Numbered from the stretch's first letter, positions 11,475-26,200 are shown. The stretch is 64,000 bases of DNA from Octopus vulgaris (GCA_951406725.2 OX597824.1:46190001-46254000); one strand, 5' to 3'. Notes: generated by a model from the letters alone, not told the origin. Translations and numbers: made by a program.

Positions 11475-12028
11475 CTGATGAAATGAAAGAAGGTCACAGT
11501 AAGAGAGGTTAAAATGATTAGAGTAGTATCTGGATGACAACAACAACAATAATAACAGTAACAAGAACAGGTCAATAAAGAACAATGGCAGGAGTGGCTG
11601 TGCTTTTAAAGAAGAGTGGAGATAGATGAATAAAGAAAGATGAGAAATGGTGGTGGGATAAAATGAGGACTTCAGATACTATTTCATAATATCAAGCTGG
11701 GATTAACAATGAGATTAATTGTGAACAGATGAGAGAGAAGGAGAATGAGAAAGGGAAGCTTGAAAAATGTTGTTAGTATTATAGTGACAGAGAGAGATAA
11801 AAGAAAGAGAAAGTACAGTAACACTTTAATAAGTATATGTATGTATGTATATGACAGGCTTATTTCATTTTCCTTCTACCAAATCCACTTACAAGGCTTT
11901 GGTTGGCTTGAGGCTATAGTAGAAGACACTTGCCCAAGGTGTCATGCAGTGGAACTGAACCCAGAATCATGTGGTTGGGAAGCAAGCTTCTTACCACACA
12001 GCCACACCTGCGCCTATCTTTCTCCCCT

Positions 12029-12080
<52 letters not shown>

Positions 12081-14099
12081 CACACATATATATATATATA
12101 ACATATATATATATGTATGTGTGTATAGCTTATTTAGGCTGATACAATGCCTTCTTGTTATGGAGTTAATCTGACAGATTGTCAGTAACTCAGACAGGAA
12201 TCTGTTAATTCTTGTTTGAGGAACTGGTAACATACCAAGGAGACACCAGAGTAATAGACCATTGGATCAGCTTAAACTATTGCACTCTACCATGGTACTG
12301 AGTGGAGTGTAATAGTTTTCTTCCATTCATTTCACACACACACTTATAATAGATTTTGTTGCTATGTTAATGCTAACAGTAATTCCAACAGCAAGAATTT
12401 GAAAACAAACTCAACTTGTAAGTTTGCAAATGTCTGTATTTCACTATCATGATTCAGTTGTCATCAGCATAGGTACAATGAAATAGAAACCACACACTGA
12501 AAGTATCATTTGTCTGTATTGATGTGTTGGGTACTGGTATCACCATTCTTTATATGTTGCTGCACTTGTTATAACACGTGTAAAAAAGTGTATTTTTCTA
12601 GTAATCACATCTTTAAAATATTAGGAGTCTGTAATTCATTTCAGATACCTTGATGTCCTTAAGAATAGAGAATTTACAGTTTATCTTTTACTTTTCTTAC
12701 TTGTTTCAGTCATTTGACTATGGTCATACTAGAGCACCACTTTTAAGAGTTTCTGTTAAACAAATCAACACTAGGACTTTTTTTTAATCCTAGTATTTAT
12801 TCTAATGGTCGCTTTTGCTGAACCACTGACTTATGGGCATATATAGACACTAATACCAATTAGGGGACAAACACACATACACTCACATAATGGGCTTCTG
12901 TCACTTTCCATCAACAAAATCTACTCACTATGCTTTGGTCAGCTTGAGGCCATAGCAGAAGACACTTGCCCAATGTTCCACATAGTGGGACTGAACCCAG
13001 AATCGTGTTTGGCAAGCAAGCGACTTACCACACAGCCATGCCTGCACCTCATGATATGTCTCTGAAAAGTTCATAGAGGACTGGAAGTTGTAATCCACAG
13101 TGAAAATGGCAATCAACTTTGCCTTATCTAGAACTGTGATATGCTAATAATTTCAACTATAGAGAATGATTAGTAATCTCTGATTAAAAAGAATCTGAAG
13201 CATTCCTAAACCTTCAATACATTTTGGCAGGCAAAATAAGCAATTGACTACAAACTTATAGATTTTGAGGTGAAATTTTGATGTCTTTTGTTGTAAACTT
13301 GGAAAAGATGTTTAATTTTACACATATCTGTTCATCTAACTGTCAGATATGAAATCTTTTGGAAAATGTACCTAGAAGAAGGTGGCAAGCCTATTACAGC
13401 CATAGTACCAGTATTAAACCAATTAAATGAAATATCTACACCAGTCCTTTATAAAGCCCTCTTCATTTGGAGACGTTTATGTTTATATTTCAGTGCATAT
13501 TTTGCACATTTCTCTATGTTGGTTTTTATGATAGTCTCTCTCTCTCTCCTCCTCTCTCATTGAGAACAAGAATGGTCACATAGCTTAGAACAAAAATGTC
13601 ACTACAGTTATTTTTGTCTTTATTTTGATGCATGTCACTTTGCTTTAGTAAATTGATCTATGCTGTGAAGGACAATTTAAGAGTCCGCACATTATATTTT
13701 GAATCCAGTTTAAGAGGCCATTCACCACCACCAACACTGACTACTACTACTACTAACATGTATTGAAAGGAATATGACATAATCATCTCTAGTGATGATT
13801 ATGTAACAAATCTCACCCTATACTTTGTTACATTATTAGAGTACCTACTACAAAAGATTCTGAAATTGGCTGCGTATATATATCCAGTCCCAATGACCAA
13901 ATAGCTACCAAGAGTAACATTTTCAGTGCCAATATATGTGAATTCAGGGTTAATCATAGGTAATTTATAACAAAGTTGGTGTTTTTATATCTGGAAACAG
14001 CAAATATTTCAAAATGCCAAAACAAGCTAAAAGATAAAACGATTACAATCTAATTTATCAGTCTATAAATTTTTTTTTTTTTTTAAATCTGTTGTGATG

Positions 14100-14335
14100 A
14101 CAATGAACTGGCAGAATCGTTAGCATGCTGGACGAAATGCTTAGTGGTATTTTGCCTGTCGCTACGTTCTGAGTTCAAATTCCACCGAGGTTGACTTTCC
14201 CTTTCATCCTTTCGGGGTCGATTAAATAAGTACCAGTTACACACTGGGGTTGATATAATCGACTTAATCTGTTTGTCTGTCCTTGTTTGTCCTCTCTGTG
14301 TTTAGCCCCTTGTGGGTAGTAAAGAAATAGGCATT
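14100..14335 (+). mobile_element. tRNA-derived SINE family A (Meta-domain-like core), representative copy
   Basis: gagctggcagaatcgttagc..ctgagttcaaattcc..gactttgcctttcatcctttcggggtcgataaa.taagtaccag. Other copies at about 22320-22540, 32650-32865, 33695-33910, 41835-42030(-), 42933-43150, 52905-53110(-), 55405-55785(-), 57100-57255(-), 61140-61335(-). Confidence 0.85.
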
Positions 14336-14874
14336 TCACCCATCCTTACATTCGGAGTTCCAGTTCTTGCCTCTCATCTTTTCAAGGTTAATAAGCACCA
14401 GTTGAGCACTGGGGATCAATGTAATTGAGTTAATTACTCCTAGGTAAGAGTATAAAAACTGTATCCTTCTGTCAAGCCATGTTGAGCTAATGTGGCACAG
14501 TAGGCTTATCGAATCAGTATGATCTCAAGCTCAGATTCACAGCCTCCACATCAGACTGTGATTGGTGGAAAGAACATGCTGAAGCTTTTGTCCTGCAGTG
14601 GACTGAACATAGGCAATCCAATCCAAATCTGTAGCAAGCTCACAGCCAAATCACATAGGTTATCAATCCTGTTAAATCTTACAGGTTGCCTAAAGTTTCC
14701 AATTTATTCTGGAAGATCTAAAGTCAGAAATTAAAGAGACAAACTGAAATATTGTAAAGCATTTAATTTGGTACCTTACCATTCTGCCAACTTTCCCCCT
14801 TTCTAATAGATGTGTAATTTTGCTAGAAATATTTTAAAATTTGGAAACTTTTTACAGCATTTTCTTAAAGATTG

Positions 14875-14955
14875 ATGGAATTCATTTACAACCCTCAAGA
14901 ATTTCATTGGAGTCTTCCTGGTTGTTCAGCATATAAAGAAATACCATTAAGTAAG
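14875..14955 (+). CDS. GDPGP1: GDPGP1 coding exon 1 ([27 protein letters not shown])
   Basis: Acceptor ttttacag| (exon starts 14858), in-frame TAA at 14866 just upstream of ATG 14875, donor AAG|gtaagt; phase 0. Confidence 0.85.
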
Positions 14956-17900
14956 GTAAGTTTTGAAAGTAAAATAATTATAGAGTATTCTATAGGTTTC
15001 TTAAAGCCAAATTACTTGAAGAGTAAATTGTTTGTTAAGAGACTTTTCTTTTGATTAGCACTCTGCCGAGACATTTGCTAGATGTCTCTGCTGCTACAAT
15101 TTCTGTTGTTGTAAATAGTTGTATGGAATAAAGAAAAATAAAATACTGGAATGCTATAACTTCAATATATTCTGCACTTTTATTTTGGTACAGTCCAGTG
15201 TAGTGACATAAAACTATAGTGTTAGCTGTTCTGATTCCAGTAGGTTTTAAGTCAGTGTAAGTTTAGAGCTCAAAAGCACTACTTATGCCAATATTTCTTT
15301 TCATAGTATTTAATTATTCCTCACACTGAATGCTTCTATGTACAGTGCCAGACTGCTGTTTTTTGTATCAAGCATGTAGAAATGAGCATTGACACAAAAC
15401 TCTTGCTGCTAGGACTTCTTTTAGCATCAGTATTAATTCTTCAATACATCATGCTTTTTCTGACATTTCAAAATATATTTCTTTGTAATTTTTCTGGTGG
15501 GATTTTGAAGCCATTTTAGTTCCAATATGTTGTGATATTAAAAACTGTTTTAAATTATAGGAGCAAGGTTGTTGCCAGTGCCACTGGACTGGCTCCTGTG
15601 CAGGTGGCATGTAAAAAACGCCATTTGAGCGTGGTCGTTGCCAGTACCGCCTGACTGGCCCTCGTACTGATGGCATGTAAAACCACCTACTACACTCCCG
15701 GAGTGGTTGGCATTAGGAAGAGCATCAAGCTGTAGAAACTCTGCCAGATCAGGTTGGAGCCTTGTGCAGCCATCTGGTTCGCCAGTCCTCAGTCAAATCG
15801 CCCAACCCATGCCAGCATGGAAAGCAGACATTAAATGATGATGATGATGATGATGCCGTTGTGGCTGCCGATTTCATTGGGCAAACTGCAGCCTTAAGTA
15901 CTTTCTGAATGGCATACCTAGCAAAAAATTATCTAGAACTTTTTAGCAGTGTGGCTTACCTGATGATGAACCATGTCTTGTGTGATCTGATTTTCAAGAA
16001 AGGTTGCCCATACCTGCTCTAAACCAATGTTTCCATAGGCTTCAACCACTGTTATCAGCTACAATTGAATAACCACTGAAGTGTGTAAGGAGATATTTGC
16101 AAATATTTCTTACATATTGGGATTTTCCACTTCTCTCATTTTAGTTTGATAAAATAATTATTGAAAAATGGAATGAAGCAATGCAAAAGGGATACTTTAA
16201 ATATGAGTTGAATTTAAAGACCAAAATTCTTCCTGGTAAACGGGGCTATGTTGCCCAGGTAAGTGTATTCATCTAATTATTTATGGTTTGAAATATGTTA
16301 TACTTTTTATGTTTCCAAATAGTGATTTAATACACAGTCATGAATCTCAGTAAACATTTGATAAAAACGTCAGATTCCCTTTCTGTTGTTAAGTCAAACA
16401 GCAATGTATTCTTGCCAGAAACACAACTGAATTTCTGTAGTAAGACTGAGTAAAATTTTAAACTCATCACTTGTTCATTGGTAAAAATATGTTGCTCTTA
16501 CTTTATGATCGATTAGTTATTTGTAGAATGGGTATCCTATGTTTATTTGATAGTTTACATGATGATCAAATCCACTCTTACTAATATAATAATATAAATA
16601 TATTGGATGCAGCATGGTCGTGTAGGTAAGAAGTTTGCTTCCCAACCAAGTTGTTTCAGATTCAGTACCACTATGTGGCAACTTGGGCAAGTGTCTTTCA
16701 CTATAGCCCTGTACTAACCAAAGCCTTGAGTGGATTTGGTTAATGGAAACTGAAAGAAAACTCTTACTTATATCCGAGAGGGAACTGAGAAGTTCCTGGC
16801 TTTAAGAGTGTTGCGAAAGGCCTAGTTGGAGACCTAACCTTCCAAGTTCTTCTACAGGGTTTAGAAAAACTGAAGGCCCACTATAATACATGTGTGAATC
16901 CAAGAGGGAAATATGTTGAATAAAATCACAATTAACTGATCCTCTTGTATTTTCTTTTACCCAAAGCCAGGAACTTTTCAGCACCCCCTTGTATGCATAT
17001 ATAGTGTGTGCGTGTGCCAATGTCTCCTTGTCTTGACATCATGTGATAGTTGCAAATGAGTGTTATGACAGTAAATCTTGTGATGTCTGTTTCTAGTCTT
17101 TCCTGAAAAATATGCCAGACTCTTACCAGGAAAGCATAACCTTGTTTGGAAACAAGTGAGAGTTGGCAACTGAAAGGTCATTGAGCATAGAAAATCTACC
17201 TCAGTGGAAGAAAAAAAAAAAAATTATAATAATGGTGGTGGTGGTAGTAGTGAGGAAGAGAAGGAGGGTTGATGAAATAAGTACCAGTTGAGCACAAGGG
17301 TTGGTGTAATTAACTAATCTCCTTCCCCAAAATTTCAGGATTATTATTAGTATCATCTATTATTATTATTGTTAGCATTCTGGGTGAAATGCATTGTGGT
17401 ATTTCACCCATTGCTACATTCTGAGTTCAAATTATGCCAAGGTCAACTTTGCCTTTCATCCTTTCGGGGTCGATAAATTAAGTAGCAGTGAAATACTGGG
17501 GTTGATGTAATTGACTAGTCTCCTCCCCCAAAATTTCAGGCCTTGTGCCTTTAGTAAGAAAAGATTATTATTAAGGTGGCAAGCTGGCAAAATCATTAGC
17601 ACGCCAGGCAAAATGCTTAGCGGTATTTTGTTTTTCTTTATATTCTAAGTTCAAAACCCACCAAGGTTGACTTTGCCTTTCATCTTTTCTGCGTCAATAC
17701 TGGTGTCAATGTAATTGAGTTGTCCCTTCCACCAAAATTCCAGGCCTTGTGCCTTTAGTAGAAAGGATTATTATTATTATTATTATGGTGATGAGCTGGC
17801 AGAATTGTTAGCCTGCTGGGCAAAATGCTTAGCGGCATTTTGTCTGTCTTTACATTCTGAGTTCAAATTCTGCTGAAGCTAACTTTGCTTTTAATCTTTC

Positions 17901-20235
17901 GGAGTTTATAAATTAAGTACCAGTGAAATACTGGGGTCGATGTAATTGACTAGTCCCCTCAGCCAAAATTTCAGGCTTTGTGCCTTTAGTAGAAATGATT
18001 ATTATTGTTATTATTAATAGTAACAGTTTATTGTTTGTGTTCATGTTATCAAGTTTACATATTTAATGTCATTATAATTTTTTTATTTAACAAGTTAAAT
18101 CCTCTCAGGTTTATTGAGAGAAGAAAACCTCAACATATTCAAAGTGTCAATCAGGAATTTGATCCAAATTCTTTCAACTTCAATAAGATTCATGAAAAAG
18201 AAGTATTACTGTTACCAGTTGGTTTACACTGGATGAATCATGATCCACACAATAAGGTAAGAAACAATGAAATTTTTATTTCTTTCTTTGAAATTGCATG
18301 TTGCACACACATGTATGCCTACTTGACTGTGCATTCACATATACAAATTATAACATTGGTTTTATTATTAGACAAAATATCAGATATTGTCGCTTTTGCA
18401 TTAACAAATACTGTATTTTCCAATCCAGTCCACACTGTAAAGTGGTTGGCATTTGGAAAGGCATCCAGCTGTAAAATCCATACTAAAATTGACCTTGCCT
18501 GTGCTTGTGCCATGTAAAAAGCACTGTCTACTCTGCTGGGTGGTTGGTTTTATGAAGGACATCCAGCTGTAAAAACTGTGTCAGAACAGACACAGAAGTC
18601 TGATGCAGGTTCCTACCTGGCCAGCTTCTGTCAACCCATCCAACCCATGCCAGCATAGAATGCAGGTATTAAACAATGATGATGATGATGATGATAGTTT
18701 AAACATGTAGTATATAGTATACATATGTAGTGTAAGCATTTGAACATTGTTACTATCTTTTCAAATCCTGCTGTATTTCACACAGAATGTTTGGTCCTCC
18801 AAAATCATCTTGGTGTTGATCTACCTTATTTGGTCGTAAATTTTGGTCTAAAAAAGTTTAACTTGTATGCTGGAAAAAGTGGTATTATGGATCCTTATAG
18901 AGGTCTGTAATATATTTAACAGCCAATCACTTAAAGTGGAGGGAAGTTGGGTAAGAGGGAGACCCTGAATGCCATGGGACAAAGTTTTGAAGGCTAATTT
19001 CAAAATGCTGAGTCTTACAAAGGAGATGATAAAGGACTGAGATATGTGGCACATAGCTGTACTCAAGAAAATCCATCCCCCACAACAGAATTGAGATCCT
19101 AAAACCAAGATGTCACATAAAAAGCATTGGTATGGGTGCTGGTGCCACATAAAAAGTACTGGTATTGATGCCACATAAAAAGCATTGATGATGACGTGAC
19201 ATAAAAAGTACCCAATACACTCTGTAAAGTGGCTGGTGTTAGGAAGGGCATCCAAGCCAAAACAGACTATGGAATCTTGTCTCTTCCTTGGTCTTGCCAG
19301 TCCCTGTCAAGCCATCCAATCCATGCTAGCATGGAAAACAGATGTTGAATGTTGATGCTTATGATGTTGACAATTGGCTGCATGCTATGGATACAGCTAG
19401 CATCTGTTGACTGATTTTCTTTTCTTTTTTTATACAATTAAACATTTCTATCCATTGTTAAAAATGTTGGTGACACATGATTATGTGAACTATTGCAGAA
19501 ATACATCCATGAAAACGTTGATGATGGTGATGATAATGATGTTAATTGTTGGTATAGATTTGATTTTATCTTTTCTCTTTCACTTGTTTCAGTCAATGGA
19601 TTGCAACCATGTTAGGGCACCACCATGAAGGTTGAGTCAAACAAATCATTCCCAATACTTATTTTTGTAAGCCTAGTCCTTTTTCTGTTTGTTTCTTTTG
19701 CTGAACTGCTAAGTTATGGAAATGCAAACAAACCAGCCCCAGTTGTCAAGCAGTGGTGGTGGACAAACACAAAGACACACACACATATTAATATATTATT
19801 ACATATATTCACACACACACACACACACACACACATAGGCTCAGGCATGGCTATGTACTAAGAAGCTTGCTTCCCAACCATATAGTTCTCGGTTTGGTCT
19901 CACTGTGGTGAACTATGGGAAAGTGTCTTCTACTATAGCCTTGGGCCAACCAAAGCCTTGTGGATTTGGCAGATTGAAACTGAAAAAAGCCTGTCACATG
20001 TGTGTGTTTGTGTTTGTGTGTGTGTGTCCATGTTTGTTCTGCACCATTGCTTGACAACTGGTGTTGGTTAGTTTACGCCCTGTAACTTAGCAATTCAGCA
20101 AAAGAGACAGATAGAATAAGTACCAGGCTTTAAGGAAAAAACAGTACTGGGGTCAAGTTGTTCAACTAAAAACACTTCAAGGTGGTGCCCCTGCATGGCT
20201 GCAGTCTAATGACTGAAACAAGTAGAGGATGAAAG

Positions 20236-20266
<31 letters not shown>

Positions 20267-23200
20267 GGGCGTGCACTCTCAGGTATGCAAGGTATGCATT
20301 GCATGCCCTGTGATTTTTTTTATCCATATGATCGGAAAATTAGATAAAATAGTTACTTTGTTTCAAAGAAAAATCCTTCCAGTTGTATTTTGTCTCCCCT
20401 TCCCTCTCAGTGACTCTACTTCTGCTTTTAGAAGTCATGCATTGACAAGACCAGCATGTCAGACACTCCCTTTCTGTCTCAGTTTGTCCTTCCTTCCTCT
20501 CTCTCTCTCTCTTAGTGACTGTTTAAAAGACATGCTAAGAGGATAGGGCATTTGAAATATTTTTACCCCCTTCCTCTTTCTCTAAGTGGCTCATCATGCT
20601 GTGGGGAGACCTGCATGACCTCCCTCTCTGTCTCTTAGTTTGTCCCTCCTTCCTCTCTCTCTCTCTTAGTGAATTGATAAAACAGATGCTAGGAGGAAAG
20701 GTCTTTCATAATATTTTGTACCCCCTTCCTCTCTCTCTCTCAGTGGCATGTCATGCTATGAGCTGACCACATGATACCCACTTTCTGTATCTTTCTGTTT
20801 TGTTGAAATTGACTTACAATTTACGCAGGCGCTCAGCCTTTTACGAAATAAGTGAAATGTGTGTTATAAACGATATTTTGAGAAATAGTTTTTCGAAAGG
20901 AGAATTCGAGGGAAAATAATTAATTATAAATGGTGGGAGACCAGCACCGAAAAGGACTAATGCATTAGATAACATTGTTAAAAAAACGATTTCCGAAGTC
21001 AACAGCAATGGAATTACTCCTCACGGCTTATTATTACCATAAAGAAAAATTATAATTTCATAATCAGCCTTTTTGAGCACATCATTGAAAATCCTGAAGC
21101 ATGGGATGATACCACCATAAATTCAGCAATTGGATTCTTACACACTTTAAAAGCTCCTGATTTCTTATTTTTGTTAGAAGTATTCAGTGAGATTTTTTTC
21201 TTATTTAACATCCTCCAGAGTAAAAGTCATGACATAGTGTATTGTAAAGATCAAATAGATAAAACTAGAACTGTACTCGAAAACAAACTTGATAATTTTT
21301 CAATCTCTTTTACTCTTTTACTTGTTTCAGTCATTCGACTGCGGCCATGCTGGAGCACCGCCTTTAATCGAGCAACTCGACCCCCGGACTTATTCTTTTG
21401 TAAGCCCAGTACTTATTCTATCGGTCTCTTTTGCCGAACCGCTAAGTAACGGGGACATAAACACACCAGCATCGGTTGTCAAGCAATGCTAGGGGGACAA
21501 ACACACATGCACAAACACACACACGCATATATATACATATATATGACGGGCTTCTTTCAGTTTCCGTCTACCAAATCCACTCACAAAGCTTTGGTCGGCC
21601 CGAGACTGTAGTAGAAGACACTTGCCCAAGGTGCCACGCAGTGGGACTGAACCCGGGGGGGGGGGGGATATGGAGTCAATGCAGGAATCGGAATTCAGAG
21701 ATCCAAGAATATATCTATTGAGCCCCAACGACATTATAATATGCTTTATAACAAAATTATCAGTACAATAGTTGACCAAATAAAAGCACGATTTTCATCC
21801 TTAGTAGAGTTTAAATTCATGGAACTTTTGAATTTCAACAAAGAAATTCATTGCATGCCCAGCCCTGGAAGTCACCGCACGCCACTGATATATATATATA
21901 TATATATATACATCCATATATGGGTACAGAACATATATATATATATATCAGAAGAAGAAATAACAGGAAGAAGTTGCACTTTATATCAGAACTAAGCAAG
22001 GTTTATGATTGTATCTTATTCAATATATGTAATCATATTTTAGCTACACTCTGAAAAATTTTACTGTACATAAAAAAAATCTTCCTTAGGAAGATTGAAA
22101 TAAATTGAGATGTTTCCACACATTTAATTAAATTTTCTGATTGTTTATATTTTGTATGATTTTCTGAAATGATCCTTAACATGTTAACCACCACAACTGT
22201 TACTGATGATGCCATGTATTCTTGGTCACACTACATACTGTTTAATTACAAGAAAATGTAATTTTGTTTTTACTTTCTTACAATATTTCATAATTATGTT
22301 TTGCTATTTAGCACTCATAAAGGCAGCAAGTTGACAGAATCAATAGCACACTGAACAAAATGCTCAGTGGCATTTCATCCATGTTTACATTTTGTGTTCA
22401 AATTCCGCCAAGCTCTACTTGGCTTTTCATCCTTTCGGGATTGTTAAATGAAGTACCAGTTTGAACACTGGAGTTGATATAAATGACATATCTCCTGCCT
22501 GAAATTGCTGGCCTCGTGCCAAAATTTGAAACCAATATTTAAATATCCTCGAAACCATGTCAAAAATACAGAGTATAATATTTTCTCAAATTCTGGAAAT
22601 ATATCACTGCATGTGGCATATGCTGAAGTTTGTGATGAACCACCAGTGGTACATGTGTCAGTTAACATGTTAAGGATTATGAATTAACTGCAATGATTTT
22701 TGTGTGGAAGTGTCAATAGTTCATCTGCTATTGGTACTTAATGTAACCCTGATGGACACTTAAATTTCAATGGCTCAGTCCATCTGGCTGAAAATATCTT
22801 TCTTATAAAGGTATGGTTTTGTTGCTGTAGACAGCAGGAGGACTATCTCCTCCTCCTCCTCCTCATCATCATCATCATCATCACCATCATCATCATTTAA
22901 CATCTGCCTTCCATGCTGGCATGAGTAAGATGGTTTACCAGAATCCAATGAGCTCGTGTGGACTGTGGACTGTGAAGGTACCTTATGGCTTGATGCCCTT
23001 CGTAACACCAACCACTTTACAGAGTGTGTTGGGTGGTTTTTTTGTGGCACTAGCACTATTTAGGTTGCCAAGTTACTCCTGTAACAAATAAATACCTTTG
23101 GAGGGTAGTAGAGAGGAAGGTACCTTATGACAGATGTTGAGAAGCAAACTATGTCAGCAGGGAAGGAACAGGTCTCCCTCTTGCTGTCGAGGAGATACAT

Positions 23201-26200
23201 GGCTACCCAGCATTATAATAATATGAGTGGGAATAGCTGAAAAGAGCTAATGGAAATGAGATGTCAGAAGGTAGAGATGGGCAGCTGGATAAGTTTGCAA
23301 GAATGTGAGAGGAGAGTGACTGATGGGGGTGGAGGTGTGATTAATGGTTATATATGAATTTGGGAGAAAGTGATATGAAATAGAAGTGGTTCTGGAGGGA
23401 AGAGGAGATAAGTGGCAAAACTACTTTGCATGAACACATGAGCACAATAGAATAGAAAGCTATTCTATTCTGTTTGTTGCTTCAATTTGGTGAATATGAT
23501 TGCTAAGTTGAATATAGTTGTGAAGCAGTGATTTAGCTCACATGGTGATTATGAATTTTAATTGACCATCCTCATCATTTTAGATGTACTAATTTTGATT
23601 TTCCCTTTTTTCCTTTTTGCAGTTGAAAAATAAAATAATCATTAATGTGAGTCCTTTGGAGTTTGGTCATTGTTTGATTATACCTGAAATAAATAAATGT
23701 CTTCCACAGGTGAGATAAATCAATATTTTTTTTTCTTTGAGAGGAAATATTCTGAGATATAGGGAAAATATTGAGCATCTTGGACATTGTCATCATCATC
23801 ATCATTTAATGTCTGTTTTCCATACTGTCATGGGTTGGATGTTTCAACAGGTTCTAATGGATTGGAGGACTTCATCATGCTCTTCTATCTGTTTTGGCAT
23901 GGTTTCTACAGTTGGATGCCCTTCCTAATGCTAACCACTTTATAGAGTGTACTGAGTGCTCTTTTTGACTACAGTATTAGTGAAGATGACCTTGTAACTT
24001 GTAAGACTAAGGGCTTTATGCGGCCCCTTTAACTAATAAAGAATAGAAGAAAGATAGAGAAGGCATGATGATGAGAGGAACAAATTTTTAGTTTTGATAG
24101 AATTAGTAAAGGAGAGAGTAAGAAAATAATAGAGTAGGCACTAATTAGTGGCAGTGGGGAGTATGATAGAGAACAGAGGAAAGGGGAGAGATTTGTGAGG
24201 GAAGTTATTGAGAAAAGTGGGAGGACAGAGTAGAAAAGTGATTGGGTTGGTTATGTAGGAGATGTCTAGGGCTATCCTACTTTATAAGGGCAAATATGGA
24301 TGGAAGATATGAGAGAGAGGAGACAGAAAGGAAGCAGTAGACTAGGGTGGAGAGGAATTCTGAAAGAATCCTTGAAGGAAAGAAACGTTAGGAGGGTCTG
24401 GGTATAAGCCAGAGGGGGTGGAGGGGATACTGAGGGATGTTGAGGAGCCATGGGAATTGTAGGGAGGGTAATGAGAGAAAATGAGGCAGAGAGTTGGGGA
24501 GCAGTGACTGAGTGCAGTGAGAGCAATGAAGGAAAGAGAGGCTGAAGACACCATAGAAATAGGTGGAAGATGGAAGAACAGGAATGTGCAAAAATCCCAA
24601 ATGGAGAGGCAGTAGATAGAGGATGGTGAGACAGGGAAAGAGACGGTTAGTAGGAGACTAGGTGGGCATTCCAGCTGTGATTACCCTTTCTTTATATGCA
24701 TATCCAAGACTACATTATCTAATGTGCCCTTCCTTTTTTTTTAAGACAGTGGATCTTGTCTTGTTTGGTGTGAATATAAGAGAGACAACTGTTCTGGACA
24801 TCTCATGCAAATAGGGGAACCTACTGGATTGGCCCTTTAGTATTTAAACCAATCATATCCAGTCCAAATATTCTTCCTGTTTTATATTCAAACTGACCAG
24901 ATCCAGCCTCTCACACCTACACTACAATGTCATTCTAAAAATAAGGAATCACATCTTCAAAATCTCAAAGCTATGAAACAAAGCATGTGAAATTCAAAAT
25001 AATGCGAATATATAAACATTACACTTGACAGAGTAATCTGAATGTTGAAGGGTTAAAAACTGGTGTGAATGGATGATGGAAAATTCCATGATTAGAAGAT
25101 TTAGGAATCTGACTATCATAACAAAGCAAATATTGAAATTGTGATGATGATGCCATCTTTATTAAATACCGAGATGGCTGAAGTATACTATTTCAAAATA
25201 TGGTTTAAAGATTTAAAAAGAAAAGGAGAACAGAAAACATAGCATGACAAAATTTAGTATGTGAAGGTATATTTGCTGCTTGAAATTTATTTATAGGCTT
25301 AGAATGTTTTTTAGCATTTTTGTTGAGAAATATCGGTGTGATACCCCCAAATATATTTGTCAAATATTGGTTATCATGTTACATAGCACTTCATATTGGT
25401 GGATAGTGGTGGATCCATATCGTTTGATGATGATGATTCAGTTGTTTGAACAACTGCATTACCTGCTTCTGAAATAACTTTTAAGTTTCTGAGCATTCTA
25501 CAAACTCATCTGCCCTTAATGTAATTCTAAGGCAGAATCAGCATGGTGTAGTGTGTGTGACAAAACAGTACCTTTTGAATTAAAAGCACAATTCATCTGA
25601 CAAGTTTCTTTTCAGTTTCTATCTATAGAATTTCACTCAGGTTGACATGAAGCTATAGAAAATGATATTTCCTTGTGATGTCATGTGGAGGGATAGAACC
25701 CAAAACCTCATGCCTATGAACATTTCATATTATTTTATATCAAACAAAGGTTGTAAGCTGATAGAATTATTATAGCATTAGAAAAGAGTGTCTTGTAGTT
25801 TTTGTGTCAGGCCCTTTACATTTACATTTTGTGTTCAACTCCTGCTGAGGTCAACTTTGCCTTTCATACCTCTGAGGTTCATAAAATATTGGTCAAGTAC
25901 TGGTGTTGATGGTGACAACTAAACCCCTCTCCTCCCCTTGTAACTGTTGATCTTGTGCCTAAATTAGAAATAATTATTATTATGAAGGTGACAAGTTGGT
26001 AGGATCATTTGTTTCAGTTTTTTACATTCTGAGTTCAAATTCTGCTGAGGTCAACTTTGCTTTTCATCATTTGGGGTTGATAAAATACAATGACGGTAAA
26101 GTGCTGGTTCGAAAGTATTGGCTAAGATCCTCCTTTGTAAAATTGCTGGCCTTGTGCCTAAATCAGTAACCATTATTTGATATTAAAAGAGCTACATAGG

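Larger units (their letters stand above)
6930..15514 (-). pseudogene. Decayed DEG/ENaC (ASIC/FaNaC/pickpocket-like) ion channel gene, antisense to and interleaved with GDPGP1
   Basis: Colinear - strand remnants: AAA-ATG-G start MASKSHQK (15514); EFCVNA..LH (15402-15385); EQL/TIVLCH (about 15230-15203); FLFHCTYADDN* (core at 12480-12454); HG.C segment ending at a gtatgt donor (12236); open exon 11474-11181; open exon 9782-9686 (YTNNRCIKQCGRCKSCKC); exon 7808-7603 (C..*EIMKC...NCTMECDK); TM2-like MFGTYF (6974-6957). Most exons carry stops or frameshifts. Confidence 0.7.

Noticed and set aside
11745-12233. ORFs rich in YI/HT repeats, here and elsewhere in the track
   Set aside because: They are translations of (TA)n and (CA)n microsatellites and SINEs.
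13050-13990. Additional exons of the DEG/ENaC-like pseudogene (about 13050-13170 and 13845-13990)
   Set aside because: Acceptor-like sites and short open frames exist, but I could not tie them to a family motif, so they are not called.
18005-18517. 170-aa ORF as a standalone gene
   Set aside because: Only 18095-18256 is coding (GDPGP1 exon 3); the rest is intron and RTE tail.
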